From the NCBI GenBank assembly GCA_027251445.1, contig JAPNQO010000031.1:1-18859 (forward strand): DNA of 18,859 nt. The letters run 5' to 3'. Numbering within the stretch: position 1 is the stretch's first letter; every line of letters starts with the position of its first letter. The notes under the pieces were generated by a model that was given only the letters and a program-made list of their open reading frames with translations, was not told the origin of the DNA and made no database searches. Below are positions 17,039 to 18,859 of this stretch, piece by piece. Source of the DNA: Fidelibacterota bacterium. GTDB lineage: Bacteria; Fidelibacterota; Marinisomatia; Marinisomatales; TCS55. The translations under genes and the position numbers were made by a program.

Positions 17039-17056
17039 CTATAATTATATCTCAAA

Positions 17057-17457
17057 TTATCTTTTTGCAACTCGTAGTCGATTTAATGCCCTTGTTAAAG
17101 AACTTTCCATACGAACTTCATCAACTTCTTCATTATTAATTTTAGTTTTACGTTCATTAGCTCTTTTAAGTGCAGATTCAGCTCTTGAGATGTCAATGTC
17201 TGATGATAATTCAATTGTTTCAACTAACAAACAAACTTCATTCTCATTGATTTCTGCAAAGCCACCACTTGTAGAATAAAATTTTGTTTCAGTTTTACTT
17301 TGAATCATAATCTCTCCAATATCAAGACTAAAAACGCCATCCTGATGATTTGCCATTATTCCAAAAGAGCCATCAATACCAGGACATCGAACATAATCTA
17401 CTTCAATTACATCCAAATTTTGTGTTGGAGTTACTATATCAAGAGAAAAATGATTCA

Positions 17458-17458
<1 letters not shown>
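17057..17458 (-). CDS. atpC: F1F0 ATP synthase epsilon subunit
   Basis: LDIVTP, PGIDGSFGIMANH, SGGFAEI, DIDISRAESALKRA, RALNRL; overlaps the atpD stop by 1 nt (TAATG). Confidence 0.97.
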
Positions 17459-18858
<1,400 letters not shown>

Positions 18859-18859
18859 T

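Overview
AT-rich (roughly 30% GC by eye) bacterial chromosomal segment, almost entirely on the minus strand. It is most consistent with an FCB-superphylum lineage such as Marinimicrobia/SAR406; this is an inference from a T9SS/FlgD-Ig-type C-terminal sorting domain, a long FCB-type SecA and mostly Shine-Dalgarno-less starts. In transcription order (right to left) the minus strand carries: atpD-atpC, a terminator, aspS, a 73-aa membrane protein, phoH, a tightly packed thiolase/acyl-CoA dehydrogenase/ilvE/nusB/secA run, a ~1063-aa secreted protein, a terminator, tRNA-Leu(TAG), and a HEAT-repeat protein/Rieske/b6-like cytochrome b/probable subunit IV cluster that runs off the left edge. The one plus-strand gene is a TatT-like protein between phoH and the 73-aa ORF. 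No mobile elements or CRISPR arrays were seen. Most of the window is housekeeping. The best candidate for something novel is the secreted protein: five ~135-aa cohesin-like modules, a split FN3 domain with a nested insert, a T9SS-type tail and no recognisable catalytic domain, i.e. scaffoldin-like, with a near-consensus CRP/FNR box upstream. Second is the b6f-like Rieske/cytochrome b cluster with a heme ci cysteine and a membrane-anchored HEAT-repeat partner. All domain calls are by eye and need profile or structure confirmation.
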